Shown: positions 1 to 9,746 of the stretch, piece by piece
Layout: each line of letters begins with the position of its first letter
Position numbering within the stretch: the stretch's first letter is position 1
NCBI GenBank assembly: GCA_021781795.1
Contig: JAJXWA010000008.1
Span: 4,860-68,859 of the forward strand
Length of the DNA stretch: 64,000 bases
Source of the DNA: Acidobacteriota bacterium
GTDB taxonomy: Bacteria > Acidobacteriota > Terriglobia > Terriglobales > Acidobacteriaceae
Direction: 5' to 3'
The notes under the pieces: model-generated
Database searches by the model: none
Told to the model about the DNA's origin: nothing
The model's input: only the letters and a program-made list of their open reading frames with translations
Program-made: the position numbers and the translations under genes

Positions 1-738
1 ATTGGCCTCACGAGGCGAAGCTTTGGCAGCCTTTCCGCCCTGCGCAGCCTCGCTGAAATTGGCAGCGGGTTGCGTCGAGGCTCTGGTCTGCGCGCCCGCT
101 GCAAGTGGCCACTCAAGCAATGGCTGCTCTGGCAGCGACGGCTCGGCGAGGGACTGGTTCATGGCAGGCATCGTCTCGGGAGGCAAGGCGGCCTTGCGCA
201 ACGAGCTTTGCGCAGCTTTGCATGCGGGCTCGCGCGGCGATGCTGATGGAACAGAGGAAGCTGCCGGCTTCGGCTGCGATGCGGCTTCTACCGTTGTCTG
301 AAGCTCAAAGCGGAGCGCCGTTTGCACATGCGTCTCGTGGCCCGACGCAACGGCGATCCCATCGACCTCACCCTCTCCGAGGCCAGGACGATCTGCGTGC
401 AGCACATAGGTGCCCGCAGACAATTTCTTGAAGCGATACGACCCATTTCGACCCGATGTAGCTCGCTGCGCCTCCCCGGTTGCGCCATTACGCAGGGTGA
501 GCGCTACGCCGGAGATGGGGCGAGAGTAGAGGTCGGTCAGCCGCCCTGCCAAGGCCCCGGAAGGGGATTGGGCGAATGCAACTGCGCCTGCGCCAAACCC
601 CACGGTCAGCGCGGCCAAACCCAGCAGCTTCCACCAGCCCCATCCTGCCATCGAGCGAACCAATCTCACAGCGGACCTAGAGAAAACTTCCTCTCCACTG
701 TGCGGCCTGTTCTGCGGACAGGTCCGTTGCTGGCGCAT
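1..738 (-). CDS. N-terminal part of a secreted carboxypeptidase-regulatory-like domain protein, probably a TonB-dependent/Oar-type receptor; runs off the window start
   Basis: Open frame with no stop from ATG at 738 (or 651) to base 1, absent from the ORF track. It has a signal peptide (WWKLLGLAALTVGFGAGAVAFAQ), then SGALAGRLTDLYSRPISGVALTLRN...GSYRFKKLSAGTYVLHA, typical of CarboxypepD_reg. Confidence 0.7.
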   Translation of the reverse strand, partial: MRQQRTCPQNRPHSGEEVFSRSAVRLVRSMAGWGWWKLLGLAALTVGFGAGAVAFAQSPSGALAGRLTDLYSRPISGVALTLRNGATGEAQRATSGRNGSYRFKKLSAGTYVLHADRPGLGEGEVDGIAVASGHETHVQTALRFELQTTVEAASQPKPAASSVPSASPREPACKAAQSSLRKAALPPETMPAMNQSLAEPSLPEQPLLEWPLAAGAQTRASTQPAANFSEAAQGGKAAKASPREAN

Positions 739-1004
739 TCTTCCATGCAAGCGCAGAAGTCCCGTGTCCTGCGATACGCACGTTGCCATGGCAGTGAAGT
801 TACTCCGACTTTTAGAGCATTCTTATGCATCCCAATTCCGGCGACGGCCGCTTTCATAACCGAAGGGCACATGACGCAGCCTGCCGCGAGACAACACGGC
901 ACCCGGAGCGGTTCGATACACTGAAGAAACGGCACCCTGCCGCTAAGAGGCATAGAGGCGCGGACTGTGCGTTGAGTCCGGGCCAAGGAACGCACAACAC
1001 GCCC

Positions 1005-2018
1005 ATGTTCATTGATGAAGCCAAAATTCGCGTGAAGGCCGGCGACGGCGGCAACGGCTGCATGGCCTTCCGGCGGGAGAAGTTCGTTCCGCGCGGCGGC
1101 CCCTCGGGCGGCGACGGCGGGCGCGGCGGCGACGTCGTCATGGAATCCTCGCAGCGACACAACACGCTGATTCACTTCCGCTACAACCCCGAGCACAAGG
1201 CTCAGCGCGGCGAACACGGCATGGGTTCCAACTGCACAGGACAGGACGGTGAGTCGGTGGTGCTGCAGGTTCCCGTCGGCACGGCGCTCTACGACGAGGA
1301 AACCGGCGAGCTAGTCCATGACTTTGCTCAGTCCGACGAACGCATTGTCATTGCCAAAGGTGGACGCGGCGGGCGAGGGAATCAGCACTTCGCCACGAGC
1401 ACGCATCAGGCACCGCGAGAGCATGAACTGGGCCGCCCCGGCGAGGAGCGCCGCTTTCGCCTGGAGCTGAAACTTCTGGCCGATGTGGGCCTGGTCGGGT
1501 ATCCCAATGCAGGGAAGTCCACGCTGATCTCGCGCATCTCAGCGGCGAAGCCGAAGATCGCGGACTATCCTTTCACGACGCTTGAGCCAAACCTCGGCGT
1601 CGTGAGCGTGGGTGAGGAGCCCGAGCGCCAGTCCTACGTGGTGGCGGACGTGCCGGGTCTAATTGAAGGCGCGCATCTGGGCTCCGGCCTCGGCGTGCAG
1701 TTCCTGCGCCACATCGAACGCACGCATGTGCTGGCGCACCTGGTCGATGTTTCCGACGCGTCGGGGCGGCCCGACCCAGTCGAAGACTTCAAGGTCATCA
1801 ATAAGGAACTGACGAGCTTTGGCCACGGCCTCGACGAGAAGCCGATGATTGTGGTTGCCACCAAGATTGACGCCGCGAATCCGGACAAGCTGAAAAAGCT
1901 GCAGGGGCACGCTCGACGCAGAAAGCTGGAGTTCCATGCCATTTCAGCTGTAACGGGAGAAGGCATCGAGGACCTGAAGTGGGCCCTGGCAAGGCGGCTG
2001 CGGCCTGAAAAAGCGTGA
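1005..2018 (+). CDS. obgE: GTPase ObgE/CgtA
   Basis: [18 protein letters not shown] Obg N-terminus, GYPNAGKS P-loop, YPFTT, DVPG, TKID. Start trimmed to ATG 1005. Confidence 0.97.
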   Translation: MFIDEAKIRVKAGDGGNGCMAFRREKFVPRGGPSGGDGGRGGDVVMESSQRHNTLIHFRYNPEHKAQRGEHGMGSNCTGQDGESVVLQVPVGTALYDEETGELVHDFAQSDERIVIAKGGRGGRGNQHFATSTHQAPREHELGRPGEERRFRLELKLLADVGLVGYPNAGKSTLISRISAAKPKIADYPFTTLEPNLGVVSVGEEPERQSYVVADVPGLIEGAHLGSGLGVQFLRHIERTHVLAHLVDVSDASGRPDPVEDFKVINKELTSFGHGLDEKPMIVVATKIDAANPDKLKKLQGHARRRKLEFHAISAVTGEGIEDLKWALARRLRPEKA

Positions 2019-2063
2019 TCCGCGCACCGCTTCACCCCATGGAGTAAACTGTCTACCCATGCG

Positions 2064-2879
2064 ATGAAGATGGCAGAGCGTTCCATCAACGAGCTTGTGC
2101 GCGCCTGCGCACAAACCGCAGACCCCGCGGACTGGGAGGAATTTCTCCGCCGTTGCACCCCTGTCGTCAGTTCCGTCGCAGCTCACATCGCCAGCCGCTG
2201 GACAGGACCTGCTTCATCCGGCCAGGTGCTCGACATTGTGCAGGAGGTCTACCTAAGGCTTTGCGAACGGGAGCGCCGCATCCTTCGTGAGTTTGTGCCC
2301 AAGGGCGACGCATCATTCTTTGCGCTGCTTCGCGTGATTGCGGCTTCTGTGGCGAGCGACTTTTTCCGCAGGCAATACTCGGCCCGGCGGGGTGCGCAGC
2401 ACATGACCACAGGAATCGACGAATACAGCGGAAGCGTTCAGCCCGGCCCAGATTCGTCCGACGCAAAGATGCATCAGAACGTGCTTTTCTCAGAGATTGA
2501 CAGCAGGATGCTGGCGGCTTCGGACGCGGTCTCGACCCGGGATCGCGCTATCTTCTGGCTGTATTTTCGGCAGGGTTTTACGGCAGAGGAGATCGCGGGC
2601 TTGCCGGTCGTGCACCTTACTCCGAAGGGCGTCGAGAGCGTCCTGCGGCGCGTCACGCAATGGCTTGCCCGGTCGCTGGATCCATCCGGTGCGGCGACTC
2701 GCGGCGACTCGTCGGCGAGCCGGCCTGAGGAATCCAAAAAGATACCCACGGCCCGCGAAGGAAAAGTCGCGAATCTTTCGATCTTTCTTAAGGATGCGCA
2801 CAAACTTCTGGAACAATCCGCTGAGAGCTCCCCATCGCAGCCGGACGCTGCTCATTCTTTGGGAGACTGCATAGGATGA
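2064..2879 (+). CDS. ECF-type sigma-70 factor with C-terminal extension
   Basis: Region 2 (WEEFLRR...DIVQEVYLRL...F.ALLRVIAASVASDFFRR) and region 4 (RDRAIFWLYFRQGFTAEEIA...TPKGVES.LRR). ATGA overlap with the next gene. Confidence 0.88.
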   Translation: MKMAERSINELVRACAQTADPADWEEFLRRCTPVVSSVAAHIASRWTGPASSGQVLDIVQEVYLRLCERERRILREFVPKGDASFFALLRVIAASVASDFFRRQYSARRGAQHMTTGIDEYSGSVQPGPDSSDAKMHQNVLFSEIDSRMLAASDAVSTRDRAIFWLYFRQGFTAEEIAGLPVVHLTPKGVESVLRRVTQWLARSLDPSGAATRGDSSASRPEESKKIPTAREGKVANLSIFLKDAHKLLEQSAESSPSQPDAAHSLGDCIG

Positions 2880-5800
2880 CGTCAAGATTTCGCATCGGAT
2901 CGGGCTGGCGCGCAGCACAGGCTGCATCCCACGACTCTGCGGGTGGCGCGTCCTGCCCTGATCTCGCAGCCTGGATGTCACTGGCGAACGATGAGCTTCC
3001 ACGAAGGGAACTTGACGAGTTGCTGCTTCATTGCTCTCGCTGCAATGAATGCCTTGAGGTGTTGAAGCAGAGCAGCCCCGCGCTGGCGCAGAGGATCGCA
3101 GAGAACGATGCGAGCCGGATCGAGCCGCACTCTGCTTCTGATTCCATATGGCTTCATCGTCTTGCAGCGGAGCTTGCTCATTCTCCGCGCCGTGCGCCGA
3201 GAGCGGCAGCAATTTGGAGAATGGCCGGGTGGACTGCCGCATTTGCGTCTGTCGCCCTGGCGGTGGCTGGCGTTGTGGTCTGGCGCTCACGCCAGAATGA
3301 ACCAGAGCGACTGCTGGCTCTCGCCTACGCGCACGACCGCTTCCTGGACCTGCGGATCCCCGATGCTCCATTTGCCGCACGCGCGACCGAGTCCCACGCA
3401 CGCGGCGCCGATCTTCATCACGAGGGCTCTTCATTGCTGACCGCCCGCGCCGAGATCGCCCGGCATCTTGAGAGTGCCCCGTCCGATTCGTATTGGCTGG
3501 CCTTGCGCGCGCGGGCTGATCTGCTGGATGAAAACTATGACGCTGCGATCGATACCCTTGACCGTTTGATCGCTTCAGGCCCGGTGACGCCGAGCCTTCT
3601 TACGGACAATGCCTCGGCCTACTTTCAGCGCGGCCTTGCTACCGGCAGTGAAAACGACCGTGCAACCGCGCTCGACGCCTTGCGCCGCGCCGACGAAATG
3701 GCTCCGGACGATCCCGTCGTTCTCTTCAACGAGGCGCTCGTAATGGAAGACCGGGACCAGTTGATGAATGCAGTCGAGACCTGGAATCGCTACCTCAGAT
3801 TCGAGCGGGACCCGCAATGGCTCGCCGAGGGTCGCAGACATCTCGCTGATCTGGAAGAGCGACTGGACAAGGTCAAGTCGCACCAAAGCCGCATGAGACA
3901 GCATCTCGACACGCCAGAGGCGCAGCGCGCGCTCGCGGCAGACGACGTTGCCCTCGCGTCCCTGGATGAAGAACTCTCGACCACGCTGCTTCCGGATCTT
4001 CTGAATGCTGCGTTTCCAATACCCGCCGATCGCTCTCGCGGCTCGCCCTGCGCCGCGCAATGCGCCTCCGCCCGCAGGCTCTTGTCCTCGCTCGCCGCTT
4101 CCCTGGAGCAACATCACCGCGATCCCTGGCTCACCCAGTTCCTTCCCAACCCCGATCGTCCCGCCTCCCTTACATTCGTCACCGCTGCCCGGCAACTCGC
4201 TGGCGCGCTCCTGGCCGACAATGTTGGAGACTACGCGCAAGGCGTGCGCCTTTCTCGGGTAGGCAGAGATGGGTTTCTTCGCGCTGGCAACGCAGCGGGC
4301 GCTGATCGCGCATGGATTGAATACGCCTACGCATCCCAGCGCCTGGGCAAGCTGCACCAATGTGGCAGAGCGGCGCGAAGCCTCGTCAACACTGATCCAG
4401 CTTTTGCATGGATTCAGTCCAGTAGTCTCACACAGGTGGGCATCTGCGCCGAAGGTCCCGGCGCGCTGGCAGAGGCCAATCCGCTCTACAAGCGAGCGGA
4501 AGCTCTCGCCGCGGATCACCACTATGAACTGCTCGCGATGCGCGTTCGGAATCAGATTGCCGGCAGCGCCCTCGACGCCGGAGACATCGAATCGACGTGG
4601 CGCATTTGCCTGCAGACGATGCGGCAGTTCTATGCCGGCGACTATCCTTCCTTCCGCGCGTACACGATCCTTGCCGGCCTGGCCGAGACGGAGAAATCCA
4701 CACCGCGCACGCATCTGGAACTGCTGTTGCAGCGCGAGTTGCTAAGCCTGCTTGAGCTGACTCCGAGCCGCAACCTCATTCCATCTCAGCGCTATGATCT
4801 TGCCATCGCTGCCATTCGTGCGGGCGCCGCAGAAGAAGCGAGGCAGCAGCTTGCCGTGGTGCGAGCGGAATTGGCACAACAGCACGACGAGCCCTCGCTT
4901 CGCACCTTTTTGGCCGACAGTGAAATTGCACTCGCGAGCCTCTCCATCTCCCGCAATGAACTACCCTCCGCATCGCAGCTCCTGGACTCGGCGCAGGCGC
5001 ACATGGCCGGCATGGACGACGAATCGGAGCTCGCTGCCTATGCTGCCGCCAGAGGCCAGCTCGATCTGGCTCTCGGTCACCCAACAGACGCCGAGCCGGC
5101 TCTCCGCCACGCCATTCTTCATGCCGAAGCGAGCGGGGAGCATCCCGGCGCGTCCAACGTTCCCTTTGCTCGCGAGAATCGCGATCTCTATGCAACCCTC
5201 GCCGGCATATGGCTTGCGCAGGGAAAGCCTGGCGCAGAGATTCTTGCTCTATGGGAGCGCTATCGCCTGCGCATTCTGGGTCAACCTGTACCCGCGTGTC
5301 ACAACGAAAACCTGAACTGTCTTGCCCCACAGGTCCAGAGTAGGTGGGTATCGAGGGCGCAGGCAGACGCGCAACTCATCGGCGAAGTTCTTCTACCTGA
5401 TCGCATCCTCGATTACAGGAGCAACGGCACGGAGATCGTATGGACGCAGAGGCCTGTGCCGCAGGATCTGATTCTTGCAGCGGATGCTGCCCTGCAGCAA
5501 GTTGTCGAGAGTCCCATGACCTCGACGGCGTCCGTTGAGTGGGCCGCAGGCCATGTTGGCGATCTGCTGGTGCCCGACCTGCGCAGCATGTCCATGCATC
5601 CCACTACGCTGCTTGTGGAGGACGACCCGCTGCTGGGCAACTTGCCCTGGCCCGCGGTGGAGGGAGCAGCGGGCGCCATCGGGCTCACTTTCAACCTGCA
5701 GAACTTGCCGTCGCTGCTGCTGCCAGAGAGCCGCTCTGCCGCGCCTGCCACTTCAAAACCTCTGATTATTGGCGCATCCATCGGCGCCGGCTCCTCAATT

Positions 5801-6415
5801 CTCTTGCCCGAAGCGCTGGACGAAGCGCGCGCCATCGCCGCCATTGACCCGCAGTCCAGCGTATTGCTCGCCACGCACGCAACGCGGACTGCCGTGGAAC
5901 AGCAACTCTCCTCCGCTGCGCTCATTCACTTCGCAGGGCACACAGGGCAATATGATGGCGAAACGCGGTTGCTGCTGGCGCCTACCGGTGCGCCTGACGA
6001 TTTGCCGTTCCTTGATGCGGCGGAACTCCGCCTGCATCCTCCGCGTGCGGCCAGGCTGGTCGTTCTTTCGGCATGCTCTACGGGCCGCGATGAAGCTGCG
6101 TGGAATCACGGCATGGACGACATGGTGGACACGCTCGCGGGGGCCGGCGTGCCGGAGGTGGTGGCGACGCGCTGGGAGATCGACTCCGCTTCCGCCGTCG
6201 TGCTCATGCAGGACTTCTACACAAATCTCGCTCGCGGCATCAGCGTTCCCCAATCACTCACCCTCGCACGCAGGTCACTCGCCCAGAATCCACGCTATCG
6301 CCATCCATACTTCTGGGCGGGCTATTACGCATCCGGAACTGCGCCTGACGGCCTGATCGCCATCCTTCACGCGGGAGTAGAACCAGCCGCCGGTATTCGT
6401 CACGCGCGCCCGTGA
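2876..6415 (+). CDS. Zinc-finger anti-sigma (zf-HC2) / TM / TPR / CHAT caspase-like protease fusion
   Basis: C-x24-H-x3-C-x2-C near the N-terminus, one hydrophobic helix (WTAAFASVALAVAGVVVW), TPR-like helices, and C-terminal CHAT motifs LPEALDEA, IHFAGH, LVVLSACSTG, VVATRWEID, HPYFWAGY. Confidence 0.88.
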   Translation: MTSRFRIGSGWRAAQAASHDSAGGASCPDLAAWMSLANDELPRRELDELLLHCSRCNECLEVLKQSSPALAQRIAENDASRIEPHSASDSIWLHRLAAELAHSPRRAPRAAAIWRMAGWTAAFASVALAVAGVVVWRSRQNEPERLLALAYAHDRFLDLRIPDAPFAARATESHARGADLHHEGSSLLTARAEIARHLESAPSDSYWLALRARADLLDENYDAAIDTLDRLIASGPVTPSLLTDNASAYFQRGLATGSENDRATALDALRRADEMAPDDPVVLFNEALVMEDRDQLMNAVETWNRYLRFERDPQWLAEGRRHLADLEERLDKVKSHQSRMRQHLDTPEAQRALAADDVALASLDEELSTTLLPDLLNAAFPIPADRSRGSPCAAQCASARRLLSSLAASLEQHHRDPWLTQFLPNPDRPASLTFVTAARQLAGALLADNVGDYAQGVRLSRVGRDGFLRAGNAAGADRAWIEYAYASQRLGKLHQCGRAARSLVNTDPAFAWIQSSSLTQVGICAEGPGALAEANPLYKRAEALAADHHYELLAMRVRNQIAGSALDAGDIESTWRICLQTMRQFYAGDYPSFRAYTILAGLAETEKSTPRTHLELLLQRELLSLLELTPSRNLIPSQRYDLAIAAIRAGAAEEARQQLAVVRAELAQQHDEPSLRTFLADSEIALASLSISRNELPSASQLLDSAQAHMAGMDDESELAAYAAARGQLDLALGHPTDAEPALRHAILHAEASGEHPGASNVPFARENRDLYATLAGIWLAQGKPGAEILALWERYRLRILGQPVPACHNENLNCLAPQVQSRWVSRAQADAQLIGEVLLPDRILDYRSNGTEIVWTQRPVPQDLILAADAALQQVVESPMTSTASVEWAAGHVGDLLVPDLRSMSMHPTTLLVEDDPLLGNLPWPAVEGAAGAIGLTFNLQNLPSLLLPESRSAAPATSKPLIIGASIGAGSSILLPEALDEARAIAAIDPQSSVLLATHATRTAVEQQLSSAALIHFAGHTGQYDGETRLLLAPTGAPDDLPFLDAAELRLHPPRAARLVVLSACSTGRDEAAWNHGMDDMVDTLAGAGVPEVVATRWEIDSASAVVLMQDFYTNLARGISVPQSLTLARRSLAQNPRYRHPYFWAGYYASGTAPDGLIAILHAGVEPAAGIRHARP

Positions 6416-6462
6416 CCGCCTCGATGCACAACCCCATCCTTATGCTGTAGCCTTGTCCTGCT

Positions 6463-8793
6463 ATGAAAATGATCCGTCGTCGCACTACAGCACTGACGTG
6501 TCTTCTGATTGCAGGACTCGCCGCGGCGCACAGCCAGATGGTCTCGCCCACGATTGATTCGCCGGGGCAGCCATTCTCTTATTTCTCCGCGCCTACTGAC
6601 GAGATCGGCATGATGGATGCAGAGGCCGCCACGGAGGTTACTCCCGAAGGCTATCTGCGCACCGGCTTTGGCGAACTCATGTTCTTCTCCGGCCCAGAAC
6701 TCAAGCCCACGCATGTGCGCGTCCGCACCCTCGAACAGGGCCATCTGCCCGTCCTGCATTACCAGTTTGCGGACAACGGCGTGCTGTACCGCTTCGCGAT
6801 GTTCTCCGCGACACTCGATGGCAAGCCGGAAGGTACACTGGTGAACTTCATCCGCGTCACCATGAAGAACGAGGGCAGCGAACCCAACCGCGCCATCTTT
6901 GCCACAGGCATGCGCTACGACGCGCCGAACAACACCGGCGCCACGCACGGCGACAATCGCTTCGATCGCCCGCGTCCGGGGCGCTTTCCCGGCGACTACC
7001 GCCAGATTGGCGAGAAATTCAATCCAGACTGGACCTACTCTTTCGCGGCCGATGGCTTCCTGCGCGATGGACGGCTTCTGTACACCTTCCCCGAAGGCTA
7101 CGCGAATCGCGGCTGGACTCTGCACGGAAGGTACAACTACCCGCAGGATATCTCCAAGCCCGAGCGCCTGGATGTGGACCCAACGGTCGCCGTCGGCATC
7201 GTCACCTACTCGCGCCTGCTCAAGCCTGGTGAACAGTCCACGCTCGACTTCAAGATGCCCGTAGTCCCCTCTGCCGATGCCACTTCAATCCAACAGGCAT
7301 CCTTCGACGCTGCCCACGCACAGGTGGTCGCCTTCTGGAATCGCATTCTTGACGCAGGCATGCAGATCGAACTCCCCGAGCAGAAGCCCGTTGACACCTT
7401 CTACACCAATCTTGTTTACGACCTCATCGCGCGCGACCACATCGGGCCTGATTTCATTCAAACCGTCAACAAGCTTCACTACCACGAGTTCTACCTGCGC
7501 GATGGCGCAGACATCGTCCACAGCTACGATGTCACGGGCTATCCGCAGATTGCGGCGCAGGATCTGGCCTTCTTCTCCAAATCGCAAAAGCCCGACGGCG
7601 ACTTCCTTTCGCAGCCGCAACAGTACGACGGCTGGGGCGAAGCCGTATGGGGATACTCGCAGCACTATCGTATGACCCACGACAAAGCCTTCGCCGAGTG
7701 GGCAATCCCGCAAATTGACCGGGCCGTGCAGTGGCTCAGGCAGGCTCGCGCCGCGGACCCGCTGCACATCATGCCCGCCAGCGATGTGCGCGACAACGAG
7801 TTTGTTCCCGGCCACCTCACCGGCTATAACTTCCTCGCGCTTTCGGGCCTCAAACTCGCCGTTCAGATGGCGCAGGGGACCGGACATCCCGATCTGGCCG
7901 CATCATGGCAGGCGGAGTATGACGATTACCGCGCCGCCTTTCTCAAGGTGCTCGACAGACAGGCAGCCGCGCATGATGGCTATATCCCGCCCGCACTCGA
8001 CGGGCAGAAGGGCGGCTATGACTGGGGCAACCTGCTCTCGGTGGTGCCCGAGCCTACGCTCGATCCACACGACCCGCGCGTCACGGCAACGCTCAAGACG
8101 ACGCAGGCGAAGTATGCCGAGGGCATCATGACCTACGCCGATGGCGAGTTCCTGCATCACTACCTCACCATCAAGAACACCATGACCGAGGCGATTCGTG
8201 GCGATCAGGAGCAGGCTCTGCGCGAGTTTTACGCACTCCTTCTTCACACCAGCTCGACTCATGCAGGGTTTGAATTTGCCATCCTGCCCTGGGGCGATCG
8301 CAACTTTCAGGACAACCTTGCGCCGCACGGCTGGTTCGCGGCTGAGTATCGCACCCTGCTGCGGACGATGCTCGTGCGCGAAGACGGTGATGAACTGCAC
8401 TTGCTCAGCGTGATTTCGCCTGAGTGGATTGGGCAGGGAAAGTCCATCTCGGTCAGCCAGGCGCCGACGTACTTCGGAAGCATTGCCTTCCGGCTCACGC
8501 AGCCTTCAGCGGAGGAAGCGGTCCTGCAGGTCGATTCGCATTTCACCACTGCACCGAAAGCTGTCATCGTTCATCTGCCATGGTTCGTGGAGGTGAAGAG
8601 CGCGGAGGCTGACGGCCATGTCGTGACCGCGAAGACAGGTACGCTCACTCTTCCAGCGGGCACAAAGACGGTCCGCCTGCACTGGTCGCGGCGCGCCGAC
8701 GCGCCCCAAATGAACTATGAGAAGACAGTGGACACCTACAAGGCCGAGTACGCGCGCAGGTACTCGATGCTGATGCACGGCAGCGCGCAGTAA
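6463..8793 (+). CDS. Secreted six-hairpin (alpha/alpha)6 glycosidase-like protein, family uncertain
   Basis: Signal peptide (LLIAGLAAAHSQ), beta-rich N-domain, then YHEFYLRDGA...QYDGWGEAVW...PHGWFAAEY resembling (alpha/alpha)6 GH/phosphorylase cores. Confidence 0.55.
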   Translation: MKMIRRRTTALTCLLIAGLAAAHSQMVSPTIDSPGQPFSYFSAPTDEIGMMDAEAATEVTPEGYLRTGFGELMFFSGPELKPTHVRVRTLEQGHLPVLHYQFADNGVLYRFAMFSATLDGKPEGTLVNFIRVTMKNEGSEPNRAIFATGMRYDAPNNTGATHGDNRFDRPRPGRFPGDYRQIGEKFNPDWTYSFAADGFLRDGRLLYTFPEGYANRGWTLHGRYNYPQDISKPERLDVDPTVAVGIVTYSRLLKPGEQSTLDFKMPVVPSADATSIQQASFDAAHAQVVAFWNRILDAGMQIELPEQKPVDTFYTNLVYDLIARDHIGPDFIQTVNKLHYHEFYLRDGADIVHSYDVTGYPQIAAQDLAFFSKSQKPDGDFLSQPQQYDGWGEAVWGYSQHYRMTHDKAFAEWAIPQIDRAVQWLRQARAADPLHIMPASDVRDNEFVPGHLTGYNFLALSGLKLAVQMAQGTGHPDLAASWQAEYDDYRAAFLKVLDRQAAAHDGYIPPALDGQKGGYDWGNLLSVVPEPTLDPHDPRVTATLKTTQAKYAEGIMTYADGEFLHHYLTIKNTMTEAIRGDQEQALREFYALLLHTSSTHAGFEFAILPWGDRNFQDNLAPHGWFAAEYRTLLRTMLVREDGDELHLLSVISPEWIGQGKSISVSQAPTYFGSIAFRLTQPSAEEAVLQVDSHFTTAPKAVIVHLPWFVEVKSAEADGHVVTAKTGTLTLPAGTKTVRLHWSRRADAPQMNYEKTVDTYKAEYARRYSMLMHGSAQ

Positions 8794-8855
8794 TGTGTCG
8801 CGGCACCGGCGGTGCGGGCGCTCTGCCTGCGCCTGCCGGTCTTCACGCTTGCGGT

Positions 8856-9746
8856 TTATTCGAGCTTCTGCACCTCGGTGCCGTCCGGCACCTTGATATG
8901 GAACTGATCTTCGCTCAGATCCATGTTCTCGACGACCTTCTCGACGTGCAAGACCACCTGGTACTCTTCCATGGGCCGCCGAATGGTTACGACGGACGGA
9001 TAGAGGCCTCCGCCGTAATCTGCGTACCGACCGTAGGTGACCTCCGTCTCCAGGTTGCCGTCCGCGTCATACAGATCCTGCTTGTACGGCATCAGATCGT
9101 CGCGATGGAAGACCACGACTCGTACGGGCGAAAGCTCGTTGCTGCCGGGCTTTCTGCGCATCACGCTCAGCATGTACTCGGGAATCAGCAGCAGATGCTT
9201 CTTCGAGGCGTCCACCATCGTATCGGTATCGGCCGTCACCGAGTAGAGGTCGTCCGGATCGAGGCCGCGCACCATCATGGCGTCAAAGAAAGTGCCCGGT
9301 CGCAGATTTTCCACCTGATGAATGGATTTCTTCTTGAGGGTATTGTTCCCCTGCACAACCTTCTTGCGCGACGGTATGTAGAGGCTGAAGGTGTTGCCGT
9401 CGCTCGCCATGTCAAACATGGTCATGCCCAGCACGGGCACCTGGCCCAGCACGCGCAACATCCCCGGCTTGCGCATCAGGATGTGGCCGCGAAACGTCGT
9501 GTAGTCCTTGGCGATGCCTTCCTTGCTCTTGAGAACGCTGGCCTGAATCTCGACGGTTGCGTTGAGCGTGCGCATCGCATCCCACCGGTCGTTCATGCGC
9601 GCCACCAATTGATCGGCGCTGACGGTCTGCACCGTCTGCGGGGCGCGCGGCACGGGCAGCTTGCGCGTCGTAAACAGGCATCCCGAAAGCGTTGTGGCCA
9701 GCAGCAGCGCCGCAGAGCCGGTCAGCAGGCTTCGCAGCGTCTTCAT
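8856..9746 (-). CDS. Lipoprotein with LolA/LolB-like fold (lipoprotein-sorting / DUF4292-like)
   Basis: Lipobox LSGC after a hydrophobic stretch, RKPGMLRV...SDGNTFSLYIP pattern, C-terminal FHIKVPDGTEV; overlaps the mltG stop. Confidence 0.6.
   Translation of the reverse strand: MKTLRSLLTGSAALLLATTLSGCLFTTRKLPVPRAPQTVQTVSADQLVARMNDRWDAMRTLNATVEIQASVLKSKEGIAKDYTTFRGHILMRKPGMLRVLGQVPVLGMTMFDMASDGNTFSLYIPSRKKVVQGNNTLKKKSIHQVENLRPGTFFDAMMVRGLDPDDLYSVTADTDTMVDASKKHLLLIPEYMLSVMRRKPGSNELSPVRVVVFHRDDLMPYKQDLYDADGNLETEVTYGRYADYGGGLYPSVVTIRRPMEEYQVVLHVEKVVENMDLSEDQFHIKVPDGTEVQKLE

Noticed and set aside
957-996. Resemblance of the obgE leader to a guanidine-III riboswitch
   Set aside because: Lacks the conserved ACGA-type motif and the gene context does not fit; kept only as an unclassified structure.
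2064-6415. Possible type III-E CRISPR (Craspase) locus
   Set aside because: No cas genes or repeat-spacer array in the window; the link is only a mechanistic analogy.
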